A DNA stretch of 63,547 nt, filler included. It is 9 parts of 9 records of this genome, joined end to end, with 100 filler letters (N's around TTAATTAATTAA, not from the genome) between each part and the next. Parts side by side here need not be neighbours in the genome. Positions count along the whole stretch, not along the records: positions 28,034 to 35,394 come from SRR31147125_32711; positions 35,495 to 43,736 come from SRR31147125_32749; positions 43,837 to 49,793 come from SRR31147125_32759; 6 more parts are not named here. One strand, 5' to 3'. Made by a program: the position numbers and the translations under genes. Positions 32,803 through 43,890 of the stretch are shown here, in pieces; the first letter of the stretch is position 1; every line of letters begins with the position of its first letter. A model generated the notes under the pieces. That model searched no databases. It saw only the letters and a program-made list of their open reading frames with translations, and was not told the origin of the DNA.

Positions 32803-33823
32803 TTAATTACTGTTAATTATAATAGCGCTATCATTCACAAATTCATGGTTAAAATCAAAAATAAACTCAAGATCCTCCAATACCGTTTTTAATTCTTCAT
32901 TGGTATATTTCCCTCGAATATTTCGATTTAATAATTCTGCTGAATTACATTCAATTTCTACATTATACCAGTTCTCTATTTTTTCTATCGCCTCTGCAAA
33001 ATTGATTTCATTAAATTGGAGGATACCATTTCTCCAATCTGTAAATAAACTTAGCTCAACTTCTGTTTTTCTGGTTACCCCAGATGCAATATCAAAGCTA
33101 AACTGCTCACCAGGAGCAAGAAAAAACTCTTGTCTACTATTAATTTGAGAGACTTTTACCTTACCACTTTCAAGTGTTATAAAAATATTGTCTGGCCTGT
33201 TCGATACATTAAATTTAGTTCCTAATACAGTAGTTATTATTTCTCCTGAATGAACAACGAAAGGCTGCTTTTCCTTCCTTACTACTTCAAAAAAAGCTTC
33301 GCCTGTTATACGAATATTCCTTTCTTTTTTTCAAATTCTTCAGGATATGAAATAGATGATTCTGAATTTAGATGTACAATAGAACCATCCGGTAATTCTA
33401 CTCGGATCCTTTCACCTCTTTTTGTTGAATTTGTTACAAGTTCAATATTCTGTTTTTTACCTGGACCTCTATTTTCTATGTTAAGATATAAATAACCAAG
33501 TCCGAGTATAATAACGACTGATGCCGCAAATTGAAGTAATCTTTTATTTAAACGAATTTTCTTTGTTTGATTTTTAGGTGAAGTATTCTCAGATTCAGCA
33601 ATTTTTGTTTTTAATAAGTTCAATCCCCTTGAATAATTAAAATTGCTTCCTGAAACATTTGGTTTTCCTTCCCACCTAGATTTGTACCAAAGAAAAATTT
33701 CTTGTACTCTTCATTTTTCATTAAAAACAAGTGTAAATTCCTATCCTCAGAGTCTCCTTGTCCTGATAGTATTTTTGATGCTAATTCAAAAAAATTATTA
33801 TTATTCATCGTACTTGTTTTCAT
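32803..33823 (-). CDS. fecR: FecR anti-sigma factor (apparent frameshifts near 33690 and 33325-33331)
   Basis: AASV TM, LPDGSIVHLNSES, then GEAFFEV..PF.V and VLGTKFNV in a shifted frame. Confidence 0.88.
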
Positions 33824-33940
33824 TAATAAGACAATAGTTTTTGTATTAATCTACCATTGTATTGCGTTAAAAAAACATTAAAATAATATCAAACGCATAT
33901 TAAGGAATAATACTAGCACTTAAATTGAAGATCTTTAATT

Positions 33941-34524
33941 TTAAAAGATAAATAGAAAAGAGGATGCATTAAGTATTGCTTTTAATTTAGGTCTGCACTT
34001 TTCAATATATTTAGTAGCCTCAATCATTTGTTTTTGCACTGTATTAACTGATATTGAAAGTGTTTCAGCAATCTCTTTATATTTCAGCCCCTCTATCCTG
34101 TTTAGCTTAAAAATAAGCCTTCTTTGCGGGGAAGCTTTTCTAAAATATGGAATACTTCATTCTCCAACTCTTTGTATTCAATTTCTGAAACTGCTGTATG
34201 GTATTCAGGTATATCAAAGTCTTCCTTTGACATATCCATTTCTTCAAGGTTCAGTTTATTTTTGTTTAAATAGTTGATTGACCGATTTTTTGTCGCTGTA
34301 AATAAATATGACTTTAAATTACCTTTAATCTCCAGGTTATCTCTTTTTGACCAAATATTAAAAAACACATCAGATACAACTTCTTCTGCGAGTTCAACAC
34401 TCTTTACAATAGCAAGGGCAAAATCACAAAGGCGGTAAAAATACTTTTCAAAAAGAGATTCAAGTGCTTTCTGGTCGTGCAGTTTAATAAGCCTGATGAG
34501 TATTTCATCTGTATTCTTATCCAT
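33941..34524 (-). CDS. ECF sigma-70 factor (apparent frameshift near 34128-34132)
   Basis: AEEVVSDVF..IW; region 4 QRRLIFKLNRIEGLKYKEIAETLSISVNTV in a shifted frame. Confidence 0.9.
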
Positions 34525-35218
34525 TTAGAGCATTGTTTGTGTTGACAAATATATAGATTGAGTTTAACCTTAATGTTAAGAAAACAATAACTATCTATGG
34601 AGAAAAAATAGTTAGTGGTAACCCTGCAACTTCCCACCTCAATTATACCAAACAACTCATGGAGCTACCAAAACTGCCACTCCTAAAATAACTAATCACT
34701 TTTTAAGCAAATAATGTAAATTTAATTAATAAGTAATAGAATTCTAATCGTTTATTTAGAAAGTCTTAAATCCTGCCGTTTATAATTTTTTAGAATAATT
34801 AAAAGTGCTTAGCATAGATCTAGAAATATAAATTATAGATTGACAGAGAGTTACTTAAAAACAAAATATCATTGATCTCTGATTAATAGTGATTTAAAAT
34901 TTGAATTAGGATTAAAATTTGACGATCCAATAAAAAATATTTTTAAATGAGAATTAAGGTAGTGTACACCAAAATTCCAGTTTGGGAAGTACAGGTACTT
35001 AGCCATCTAAAAATCACTAATAAAAAGCCTGGTAATTTAATCAACTTTAACGTAGCCAATATTGGTCAAGGAATTCGAGGGCTTATAAACTAATAGTAAA
35101 TATTAATCAATTTGACAATCTATTGACTTGCATTTTTACTTTTCGTGGATTTTGCGTTTTTGAGAATCAGTGGCTAATCCTTTTGTTAGCACAGAAAAAA
35201 TAAAATTTAATATTTGAT

Positions 35219-35394
35219 TCACAAAATAAAAAACAGAACTGAAGAAGCACAGAGCAGAGCTTTAAGCCTGGGCTTATATTTTTCAATGTATTTCGAGGCT
35301 TCAACCATTTGGTTTTGTACTGTATTTACTGATATTGAAAGTGTTTCTGCAATCTCTTTGTATTTTAACCCATCTAAACGACTAAGTTTAAAAA
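35219..35394 (-). CDS. Second ECF sigma-70 factor, 3' end (not in ORF track)
   Basis: Manual translation FKLSRLDGLKYKEIAETLSISVNTVQNQMVEASKYIEKYKPRLKALL. Confidence 0.85.
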
Positions 35395-35494
35395 NNNNNN
35401 NNNNNNNNNNNNNNNNNNNNNNNNNNNNNNNNNNNNNNTTAATTAATTAANNNNNNNNNNNNNNNNNNNNNNNNNNNNNNNNNNNNNNNNNNNN

Positions 35495-35888
35495 CATGCA
35501 CCTGGTGGCCGACGAAAACTGGGCAATGACCATGGCCCGATTCCACAAGGCTCCGACAACCTCATGGTTCCTGCTCGGCGGGGGCCTCTGCGTACAGAGC
35601 GCGTGGTGCCTGGGCACCCTGTCCGGTCACGGCCTCGGCGCAGTCATCGAAAACCCGGAGCGCTACGGGCTCGATTTTTCATTCGTTGCGGTATTCACCG
35701 CCCTGGTCTTCAGTTTCTGGAAAGGCAGACAGGACATCCTGCCGTGGCTTGTCGCTGCGGCCACTGCGGCGATCGCGGAATCCCTGATGCCCGGCAAGTG
35801 GTATATCATCTGCGGAGGGGTTGCGGGCGCCCTGACTGCGGCTTTCATTCCCCGAAAAACCGATGCTGAGGGCCGTCGCAATGAATAA
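35495..35888 (+). CDS. azlC: AzlC family branched-chain amino acid exporter, 3' part
   Basis: DE.WA, W..GT..G, P..YGLDF motifs. Confidence 0.88.
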
Positions 35889-36195
35889 TTCAAGCCCCGA
35901 CATCCTGGTCTGGCTCGCAATATTCGGAGCTGCCGCCGTCACCTACACGCTCAGAATAGGCGGTCTGCTGCTTGCCGAAAAACTCCCGAAGACCGGTCGT
36001 TTCAAACGATTCATGGATGCCTTGCCGGGCACCATCCTGCTTTCCCTGATCGTACCCGCAGCGCTCGCCGCCGGCCCGGTCGGCTGGGTCGCCACCGTGT
36101 GTACCGGGTTCTGCAGCCTCAAGACCGGTAACGTATTCGTGTCGATGGTGGTGGGAATCGTGATTGTCGCGGTTGGGCGGATGTATGGGATGTGA
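35881..36195 (+). CDS. azlD: AzlD family protein
   Basis: VTY.LR.GG, LPG.IL.SL..P; overlaps the azlC stop. Confidence 0.85.
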   Translation: MNNSSPDILVWLAIFGAAAVTYTLRIGGLLLAEKLPKTGRFKRFMDALPGTILLSLIVPAALAAGPVGWVATVCTGFCSLKTGNVFVSMVVGIVIVAVGRMYGM

Positions 36196-36480
36196 GAGGA
36201 CTCAGGGCCAGGGACAGAATGATTTTTGGTTGGGCTGGGGGGACTGATTTTTTTTCGCGGTTTTAAGCGAAAATCATTCTGTCCCTCTTCCCCCCACGGG
36301 GAAATGAGCAATGTTCTCACAATTTTCCCACTTATAGCGAATTTACTTTTATTCCACATTTATATTTGCAATAATAGATTTCATATTCTATTTATACAGT
36401 TTGTCAGGCGTTAATAACCACTCAATGCAGCAACGTCGCGGGAAATTCATTAGCCCCCAGCATATACAGAGAGTTACAAG

Positions 36481-37137
36481 ATGAAAAAGTTCATTCAGAA
36501 AACAATCGCATTGACCGCAGCGCTCACCTTGATAAGTACCAGCGTTGGCTTTGCCGCTGGTGGAAGTGTCGGATACGGCAACATCTCTGTTTATAAAGAG
36601 GACAAGCTTATAACCAAGTTGACCGGCCAGAATCCCGTCGATGACGGCTCTCTGCTGGTGTGTGACGGCAAATGCATGATCAAGTCCGAGGGCATCTCCC
36701 TGATCGGTCAGGATGCATCAAGGCTGGCAGTGACCAGCGAGGACGACACCTTCAAGATCTACCTGAAAAAAGGAAAGATCGATTACGTGATCAACTCCAA
36801 TGTCCGCAAGATCTCTTTTTACACGCCGCAGGGCAGCTACACCGTTGCCGAAGCTGTGTTCAACGCGTCCAGCCAGACTGCGGTCAAAGGTTCGATTCTG
36901 GTAGACGAGAACGGCCAGACCGAGATTTTGGTTACCGAAGGCCGCCTGGTTTTCGCCACCGCAGAGGGCATGAAAACGGTGGACGCCAACAACAAAATCG
37001 TACTCGCTGTTACTCCAGAGACGGGTGGACTGAGTACGGGAGCAATCCTAGGAATTGCGGCAGGCGCTACTGCAGGCGGAATCATTCTCTACAATGCGCT
37101 CGATGATGATGACGATCCGGCAAGCCCGGCTCAATAA
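36481..37137 (+). CDS. Exported FecR-like beta protein with C-terminal TM and acidic DDDDDPASP tail
   Basis: Signal peptide, L..G.I..TP.G..V.EG pattern, hydrophobic C-terminus. Confidence 0.7.
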   Translation: MKKFIQKTIALTAALTLISTSVGFAAGGSVGYGNISVYKEDKLITKLTGQNPVDDGSLLVCDGKCMIKSEGISLIGQDASRLAVTSEDDTFKIYLKKGKIDYVINSNVRKISFYTPQGSYTVAEAVFNASSQTAVKGSILVDENGQTEILVTEGRLVFATAEGMKTVDANNKIVLAVTPETGGLSTGAILGIAAGATAGGIILYNALDDDDDPASPAQ

Positions 37138-37240
37138 CTGACGCAGAGAAGTCCCGGCAGGGTTGTTTTTCTTTGATGAAAAGCAACCCTGTATTGTTTT
37201 TTCCGGTGCAACCGCACCACTGATTTTCAAAACCTGATCC

Positions 37241-38251
37241 GTGATTCGCTTTCTACTCCTCGCCCTCTTTTCACTTTTGCTGTCTTCGTGCACCGAAGAA
37301 GAGCGATTCCACGCGACCACCACCATCGATGATTTCCAGAAACTCTCTGCCAAGCAGAAAGAGGAAAATCCAAACCGCATCAACGTCGCTCCACTCATCA
37401 TAGAAAACGTTGATGAAGAAAGTGAGTACCTCCTTGGTGCCGGAGACCTGCTGTCCATTACCGTGTTCGAGAGCGACAAACTCAACGCTGAGGTGCGTGT
37501 GTCGTCTCGCGGCATCATCAATGTGCAGCTGCTTGGTGACGTCAACGTGATGAATCTCACCGCCGCTGAGGCCGAGCAGAAAATTGAGGACCTCTACCGC
37601 AAAGACTATCTCCACGACCCCCATGTCTCCGTTCACATCCTGGAGCACATGAGCAAGCAGATCACGCTGGTGGGTGCGGTCGAGAGCCCCGGGACCTACG
37701 ACTACGTAGCCAAGCGGCGGCTGCTCGATGTGCTGGCCATCGCCAACGGGCTGCGCGACGACTCGGGCTCTTTTGCCTACATCACCCGGCAGAACTCAAA
37801 AACCGGCGAACGTGTGAGCTACATGGTTCAGCTCGAGGACCTCGTTGAAAACGGCAACATGGCTCATAATCACGTCATTCTCGGCGGCGATGTGATCTTC
37901 ATCCCCGAGTCCGGTCAGTGCTTCGTCGACGGTGCGGTGCGCAAGCCGGGCACCTATCCGCTCAAAAGTAACATGACCATCACCGAAGCCATAGCCCAGG
38001 CAGGTGGACTGGCCGGATATGCCGACGAAGACGCGATCAAGCTTATCCGTTTCATGGGGCGAGGCCAGGAACGCCACGTGGTGAGCTTGAGCTACAGTGA
38101 CCTGCAGGCCGGTGTCGGCGATACGCTTCTGCTGAAGGACCAGGACATCGTCTACGCAGAATCGAGCGCCACCGGCAAGTTTTTCTCCGGGGCCGGCTTC
38201 ACGCTCGGCTTCATGGGAACCGGTGTCAGCTTCAAAGATCCCGAGCAATAA
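37241..38251 (+). CDS. Polysaccharide export lipoprotein (Wza/SLBB)
   Basis: Lipobox LSSC, YLLGAGDLLSITV, G.V..PG.Y SLBB repeats. Confidence 0.9.
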   Translation: MIRFLLLALFSLLLSSCTEEERFHATTTIDDFQKLSAKQKEENPNRINVAPLIIENVDEESEYLLGAGDLLSITVFESDKLNAEVRVSSRGIINVQLLGDVNVMNLTAAEAEQKIEDLYRKDYLHDPHVSVHILEHMSKQITLVGAVESPGTYDYVAKRRLLDVLAIANGLRDDSGSFAYITRQNSKTGERVSYMVQLEDLVENGNMAHNHVILGGDVIFIPESGQCFVDGAVRKPGTYPLKSNMTITEAIAQAGGLAGYADEDAIKLIRFMGRGQERHVVSLSYSDLQAGVGDTLLLKDQDIVYAESSATGKFFSGAGFTLGFMGTGVSFKDPEQ

Positions 38252-38269
38252 AACCTTACACATCGATTT

Positions 38270-39679
38270 ATGCCCCTGCAGCGATCGGCCTCCTTACTCG
38301 TTCTGGGAATTGTTTTAACCATCCCTCTTATCTTCGGTGCGATCCACCCGATCGTCCATGGGGTTTACGCATCGCTGATGCTGGTCGGCTGCGGCGGGTG
38401 GCTGCTGCTTTCCTCCCCGGCCGCAGCACCTGTTGACACAAAAGGGCTGCCATCCTTCTGGCTGATACTCCCCCTGCTGCTCATTGGCTGGATTATCGTT
38501 CAGTCGGTCCCGCTGCCGTTAGCAGTGATCGAGATACTCTCCCCCGCCCGCGCTGACCGTATCGACATGGTGAATGAACTGGCCGGGACCAACGTGGGCT
38601 GGGCAACCCTCAGCGACAGCGGTCCGACCGGAATTTACCGCAGCTTTTTCCTGTTCGGCCTGCTGCTCTACTACAAAACGATTACCAGGCTCTGCGCCAC
38701 GGAACCACGCTTTCTCAAAACCCTGATATTCTGCATCGCCGCGATCGGGGCCTTCGAGGCCGTCTACGGCATCCTGCAGTTCCTGCGCCCGAATCTCGGC
38801 ATCCTCTGGCTCAAAGCCCCTGCCGGACGAGCCGCCTACGGTACGATCATCTACAAGAATCAGTTCGCGTCGATGCTGAACATGCTCTGGCCCTTAAGCC
38901 TCACTTCCGGCATGCTCTACCTGCTGACCGGACCCGGGCGAACGGACTTTGTCGGCCGGATATTCAGGACAAGCAAAGAACAAACGGTCCTGCTGGTCTT
39001 CTCAGCAGCCCTGATGACGCTGGCGGTTCTGCTCTCCCTGTCCCGCGGCGGCATCCTATCCATGCTCCTGGTAGCGCTGCTGCTCACCCTGCTACTGCCA
39101 TTTTCCGGGAAAGGAAAGGTGAAGTTTCTGGTTGCCTTCAGTGCCGTAATCTGCGGCTACATCTTCCTGGTTGGAGCGGACACACTCATCAGCCGTTTCG
39201 ACACGATCGGCGGCTCAGGCGCTACCCGCTTCGCAATTTACCGAAACTCACTGCCGATGGCCGTCGATCACTTCCTTACCGGCATCGGGCTGGGTTCCTA
39301 CCAGTTACTTTCTCCGATCTATCTCAAGGGATTTCCCGAGACAACCCATGTCTACCGGGCCCACAACGAATACCTGGAACTCACGATCGAGCTCGGCGTC
39401 ATCGCCGCAGGGCTGCTTTTCTGCTGGATCGGAGCAGGTATGACAACCCTCTTTATCCGACTCAGGCGTGCGGTACATACCTCTGATGCGGACATTGTCC
39501 GTACCGCACTGAGCATCACCTCGCTGTGCGCACTGGCCGGATTCCTCGCCCATGGCGCCGTCGATTTCGGCTGGCGGCTGCCGGTCAACCTGATCTATGC
39601 GACCACGCTCCTCGCCATCGCGACCTCCTGTCTGAGGCAGGTGGAAGCCCCGCCGACCACCAAGGAGAAACGCAGATGA
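38270..39679 (+). CDS. O-antigen ligase/Wzy_C family membrane protein
   Basis: SLSRGG, G.GLG.Y, AHNEYLE, H..VDF. Confidence 0.88.
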   Translation: MPLQRSASLLVLGIVLTIPLIFGAIHPIVHGVYASLMLVGCGGWLLLSSPAAAPVDTKGLPSFWLILPLLLIGWIIVQSVPLPLAVIEILSPARADRIDMVNELAGTNVGWATLSDSGPTGIYRSFFLFGLLLYYKTITRLCATEPRFLKTLIFCIAAIGAFEAVYGILQFLRPNLGILWLKAPAGRAAYGTIIYKNQFASMLNMLWPLSLTSGMLYLLTGPGRTDFVGRIFRTSKEQTVLLVFSAALMTLAVLLSLSRGGILSMLLVALLLTLLLPFSGKGKVKFLVAFSAVICGYIFLVGADTLISRFDTIGGSGATRFAIYRNSLPMAVDHFLTGIGLGSYQLLSPIYLKGFPETTHVYRAHNEYLELTIELGVIAAGLLFCWIGAGMTTLFIRLRRAVHTSDADIVRTALSITSLCALAGFLAHGAVDFGWRLPVNLIYATTLLAIATSCLRQVEAPPTTKEKRR

Positions 39680-40470
39680 GCCCGCACCAGGGAGCGCCAC
39701 TATCCGACTTCGATTTTGACCGGGATCGCTTTATCGATATCCACACCCATATCCTGCCCGGAATCGACGACGGCGCAAGGGATATGGCGGAGACCCTGCG
39801 CATTGCACAGCTCTACACCGATACCGGAGTAAAACGAGTCGTCGCGACACCCCACTTCATCCCGGGAACGGCCTGGGCGCCATCAAAAACACAGATTCTG
39901 GACGTAACCGGACAGGTGCAGCACGCCATCGATGAGCGGGGAATCGACCTCCAGGTTATGCCCGGCATGGAGATCGGCTATCATCGCAAAATCGAGGAGC
40001 GAATAGCGCGCGGCGACCTGCTGCCGCTCGGGGACAGCGAACACTACCTGATCGAGCCACCTTTCTACGAAAGCCCGAAGGAACTGCTCGCCAGCCTCAC
40101 CAGATTGCTCGAACAGGGCGTTCCCTGCATCCTGGCACACCCGGAGCGAATCGCCCCCCTGCTCGCCGAAATCGAAGCACTTGAGTTCCTGGTCCATCAC
40201 GGACTTCTCATCCAGATCACCGCAGGCAGCTTTCTTGGAGCGTTCGGCACGCACACTGCTGCCACAGCACACAACTTGCGGGACCGCGGGTTCTGCCATT
40301 TTATTGCCTCGGACACACACTCCCTTGACAAACGTCGACCGCTCAACGAAGATGACTGGCAGCGCTTGCTGAACGCACCGGAGACGGCAGCCGTGCTGTC
40401 CCGCTGCAACCACCACATCGATAGAATTTTTACGCAAGGTTCAAGGACCACATATGAAGCGAAACAGTGA
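39676..40470 (+). CDS. PHP-type tyrosine phosphatase (CpsB/CapC)
   Basis: DIHTHILPGIDDGA, ATPH, AHPER, ASDTH. Confidence 0.92.
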   Translation: MSPHQGAPLSDFDFDRDRFIDIHTHILPGIDDGARDMAETLRIAQLYTDTGVKRVVATPHFIPGTAWAPSKTQILDVTGQVQHAIDERGIDLQVMPGMEIGYHRKIEERIARGDLLPLGDSEHYLIEPPFYESPKELLASLTRLLEQGVPCILAHPERIAPLLAEIEALEFLVHHGLLIQITAGSFLGAFGTHTAATAHNLRDRGFCHFIASDTHSLDKRRPLNEDDWQRLLNAPETAAVLSRCNHHIDRIFTQGSRTTYEAKQ

Positions 40471-42736
40471 CTTCAACGAACACCAGCTTGTCGTGAGAAG
40501 CCAGGGAGCCCATCATCTCCCATCCACCGAAGTGCGCGAAGTCATGCCCGAGCTCCAGGATGAGATCGACCTGCGCGAGCTGCTCGACACCGTTATCCGC
40601 CGCAAGGGCGTGGTGCTTGCCTGCCTGCTCCTCTGCTTCACCGCAGTGGCCGTCTACACCTTTACCGTCACCCCGCTGTTCAAGGCCTCCGGTATCGTCC
40701 GCGTATCCGCCCAGTCCGACAACCTGACCAAATTCGACTCCATAGAAGGCTCAGCACTGAAAACCATGGAGTTCCAGCAGACCCAGGTGAAGCTGCTGCA
40801 GAGCGAACAGCTCGCCTCCCGGGTCATCGAGCGCATGGACCTGGCCGCCAACCCGCTGTTCAACCCGGCTGTCGGTACGGCAGACGGGGAGGCACCGGAA
40901 AAAGGACTGCTCGACACGCTCCAGGGGTTCATCCGACCGGAAGAGGATCATGACACGCTCAGCCTGCTCAACGAAGAGGCGCAGGAGCAGATCACTAGGG
41001 ATACATCGCTGAACCGCTTCAAGAATCTGTTCACTGTGAGCCCGGTGAAGAACAGCGAGTTGATCGAACTGAGTTTCATCTCCTCGTCCCCGGCCCTGGC
41101 CGCTGAAGTGACCAACACCATCATGGACGAGTACATCAACATGCAGATGGACTCAAAACTCAAAGCCTCCCGGGAGGCATCCCGATTCCTGTCCAAACAG
41201 ATCGAAGCGGCCCAGATCAAACTTGAGAAATCCGAACTGGCACTGCAGGCATTCGCCAAGCAGATCGGCATCGTCTCCCTGGACCCGAAGCAGAACCTGA
41301 TCATGCGCCAGCTCGAAGAACTCAACGACGCCCTCGCCAAAGCGCGGGCTCATCGCATCGCCCAGGAGGCCCGCTACCAGCAGGTGCTCTCGGTCGACAC
41401 GGCCAACCTGTTCCGCATGGTGGAAAACCAGCTGATCCAGGATTTGAAGCGCCAGTATTCCGAAATGCAGGCGAATTACCAGCAAATGAGCACCACCTTT
41501 AAACCGGCCTACCCGGAAATGGTGCAGCTCAAGGCGCAGATGGACGAGATCGCGCAGCGTATCATGGCCGAGAAAGAAGCCATCGTGGACGCCATCCGCG
41601 ACGATTACGAGACCGCACAGAAGACCGAGCAATACCTCACGGAAAAGACCGAAGAACAAAAGCAGAAAGCGATGGCGCTGGAGGAAAAAGCAACCCAGTA
41701 CAAGATTTACGAGCGCGAGGTGTCCACCAACAAATCGATCTACCAGAGCCTGCTGCAGCGCTCCAAAGAGATCGAGGCCACCGTCGGTGCCGCCGTCACC
41801 AACATCGAGGTTATCGACTCCGCGCGGCCGCCGCTCTATCCATTCAAACCCAGAGTCCCGCGCAACCTGGCGCTGGGTTTCATCCTCGGTATCATGCTCG
41901 GCGTCGGCGCCGCCTTCGTACTCGAATATTTCGACAACACGATCAAGACCCCGGACGAGATGACAGACCGCTTCGGCATCCCGGTCCTCGGCCTGATCCC
42001 GTTCGACAAGGAGACCACGGACCAGCCGACGGAGATGGCGGTGAAGTTCTACCACGAGCCGCGCTCCCCGGTGGCGGAAGCGTTCCGCACGACAATGACG
42101 TCGGTGCGGCTGTCGGTGGCGGACGACCCACCCAAAACAATCCTGTTCACATCAATTCTGCCTTCCGCCGGCAAGACGTCTATGTCCAGCAACGCGAGCC
42201 TCTCTTATCTGGCCGAAGACGAGCGCTGCCTGCTCATCGATGTCGACCTGCGCAAACCGAGCCTGCACCGGATCTTCAACTCGAGCATCAGGGATCACGG
42301 CCTCTCGTCGGTGCTGAGCGGCATGGCCCAGGTCGACGACGTGATCAAATCGACCGATTACCCGGACCTCGACTTCATCTCCAGCGGCCCGCTGCCGCCG
42401 AACCCCGCGGAGCTGCTCTCCTCGAAGCGGATGCGCCAGCTCCTCGAAACGATGGCGACGCGTTACGACCGCGTCATTCTGGACGGCCCGCCGTATCAGG
42501 GGTTTGCCGAAATCCTCGTTCTCTCGAACATGGTAGACGGCGTCATCCTGGTCTCGGTCGAGGGGGATACGCCGCGGGAAGGCGTCAAGCACTTCAAACG
42601 CTCGGTCACCAATGTTGGCGGCCGCATTCTCGGCGCCATCATCAATAAGAGCGGCCAGAGAAAGGGGTACACATCCTACAGCGGCTACAAGTATTATTCG
42701 TATAACTACGATTACGGGCAGGACTCCCGCAGCTGA
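40454..42736 (+). CDS. Wzc/GumC polysaccharide co-polymerase tyrosine autokinase
   Basis: EIDLREL, Walker A PSAGKT, IDVDLRKP, PPNPAELL, Tyr-rich C-terminus. Confidence 0.93.
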   Translation: MKRNSDFNEHQLVVRSQGAHHLPSTEVREVMPELQDEIDLRELLDTVIRRKGVVLACLLLCFTAVAVYTFTVTPLFKASGIVRVSAQSDNLTKFDSIEGSALKTMEFQQTQVKLLQSEQLASRVIERMDLAANPLFNPAVGTADGEAPEKGLLDTLQGFIRPEEDHDTLSLLNEEAQEQITRDTSLNRFKNLFTVSPVKNSELIELSFISSSPALAAEVTNTIMDEYINMQMDSKLKASREASRFLSKQIEAAQIKLEKSELALQAFAKQIGIVSLDPKQNLIMRQLEELNDALAKARAHRIAQEARYQQVLSVDTANLFRMVENQLIQDLKRQYSEMQANYQQMSTTFKPAYPEMVQLKAQMDEIAQRIMAEKEAIVDAIRDDYETAQKTEQYLTEKTEEQKQKAMALEEKATQYKIYEREVSTNKSIYQSLLQRSKEIEATVGAAVTNIEVIDSARPPLYPFKPRVPRNLALGFILGIMLGVGAAFVLEYFDNTIKTPDEMTDRFGIPVLGLIPFDKETTDQPTEMAVKFYHEPRSPVAEAFRTTMTSVRLSVADDPPKTILFTSILPSAGKTSMSSNASLSYLAEDERCLLIDVDLRKPSLHRIFNSSIRDHGLSSVLSGMAQVDDVIKSTDYPDLDFISSGPLPPNPAELLSSKRMRQLLETMATRYDRVILDGPPYQGFAEILVLSNMVDGVILVSVEGDTPREGVKHFKRSVTNVGGRILGAIINKSGQRKGYTSYSGYKYYSYNYDYGQDSRS

Positions 42737-43736
42737 TGGCAATCCGACCCGCCGGCATAATCAGGCTGCTTTGTTTCGGTGTACTCCTCTGCATGGCGGC
42801 GCTGCAGCTTCGCTATTCGGTAATCGAGCAGGAGATCTTTGCCGGCGCACGTGATGAAACCGGGGCCACCCGGTCGAGAGACGCCAAGCTGCTGACCAAC
42901 CTGGGCAAGGAAAAGCACCTGTTCGAGGCGGACCTGAACGGCGCCACCCACCTCCTGCAGCAAGCCCTGCTTGCCAACCCGTTCTACGTCCCCGCGTGGC
43001 TGGCACTGGCGGTTGTGCAAAACGACCAGGGAAAAAAACAGCAGAGCTACCAGATCCTGGACTATACAAACTACCTGACCACCGATCTCAAACGCTGGCG
43101 CTGGGACGAAGTGCTGACCGCCTACCAGCTCGGGAGATCCGAACTGCTCCCCACGGAACTCAGCTATATCATCGCACAGATTCCGGGTAAATCACGAAAT
43201 GCGGCACTGCAGCTCGCCTTTACCCGGTGGCCCGAACCCGCTGAGCTGCTCGAAAATATCGGCCCGGAAAATCTCCCTCACCTGTACCGCGACTCGATAC
43301 GCAGCAAAAACACCGCCTGCACGATCTCTTTCCACAAGGAGATGGAGAAGGTGGGTATGGATATCGAGCACAAGGATCTGCTCGCGGCCATAACCATGCT
43401 GATGAACAATGGCGAAGCCGCTGAGGCCGCAGCAATTTGGCGACGCACCGTTAATCCCGAATCGCTGCTCTTCAACGGCAGCTTCGAGCATCCGTTTATG
43501 CAGAAGGCATTCGGGTGGCGCCGGTCCAAACACCCCTCCGTAGCCGTGACTGTCGATCGAACACATCAGCCCCCGGGAGCGGCCCCGGACGCAAAAGCGC
43601 TGCACCTTCGCTTCAAGGGCTGGGACAATCTCAATTACTACCATTTATCCCAGATCGTGCCGCTGGACAGTACTTCCTACCAACTGACCGGCTGGGCAAA
43701 GACCCAGAAACTAACCACCGATCAGCACCCATACCT
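42736..43736 (+). CDS. TPR protein with possible carbohydrate-binding domain (3'-truncated)
   Basis: N-terminal TM, AL..NP...AWL.LA TPR, LLFNGSFE..FGW. Confidence 0.7.
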
Positions 43737-43890
43737 NNNNNNNNNNNNNNNNNNNNNNNNNNNNNNNNNNNNNNNNNNNNTTAATTAATTAANNNNNNNN
43801 NNNNNNNNNNNNNNNNNNNNNNNNNNNNNNNNNNNNGTGGTGGTGGTGGTGGTGGTGGTGGTGGAATGCTCACAAATATTATTTCGCTAG

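Noticed and set aside
41153-42055. 300-aa antisense ORF inside wzc, and similar long antisense ORFs in GC-rich contigs
   Set aside because: Expected shadow frames of GC3-biased genes; no recognisable motifs
43837-43864. (GGT)n at the contig end as a telomere
   Set aside because: It lies just upstream of an AG acceptor (43890) inside the truncated gene, so it is an intronic microsatellite
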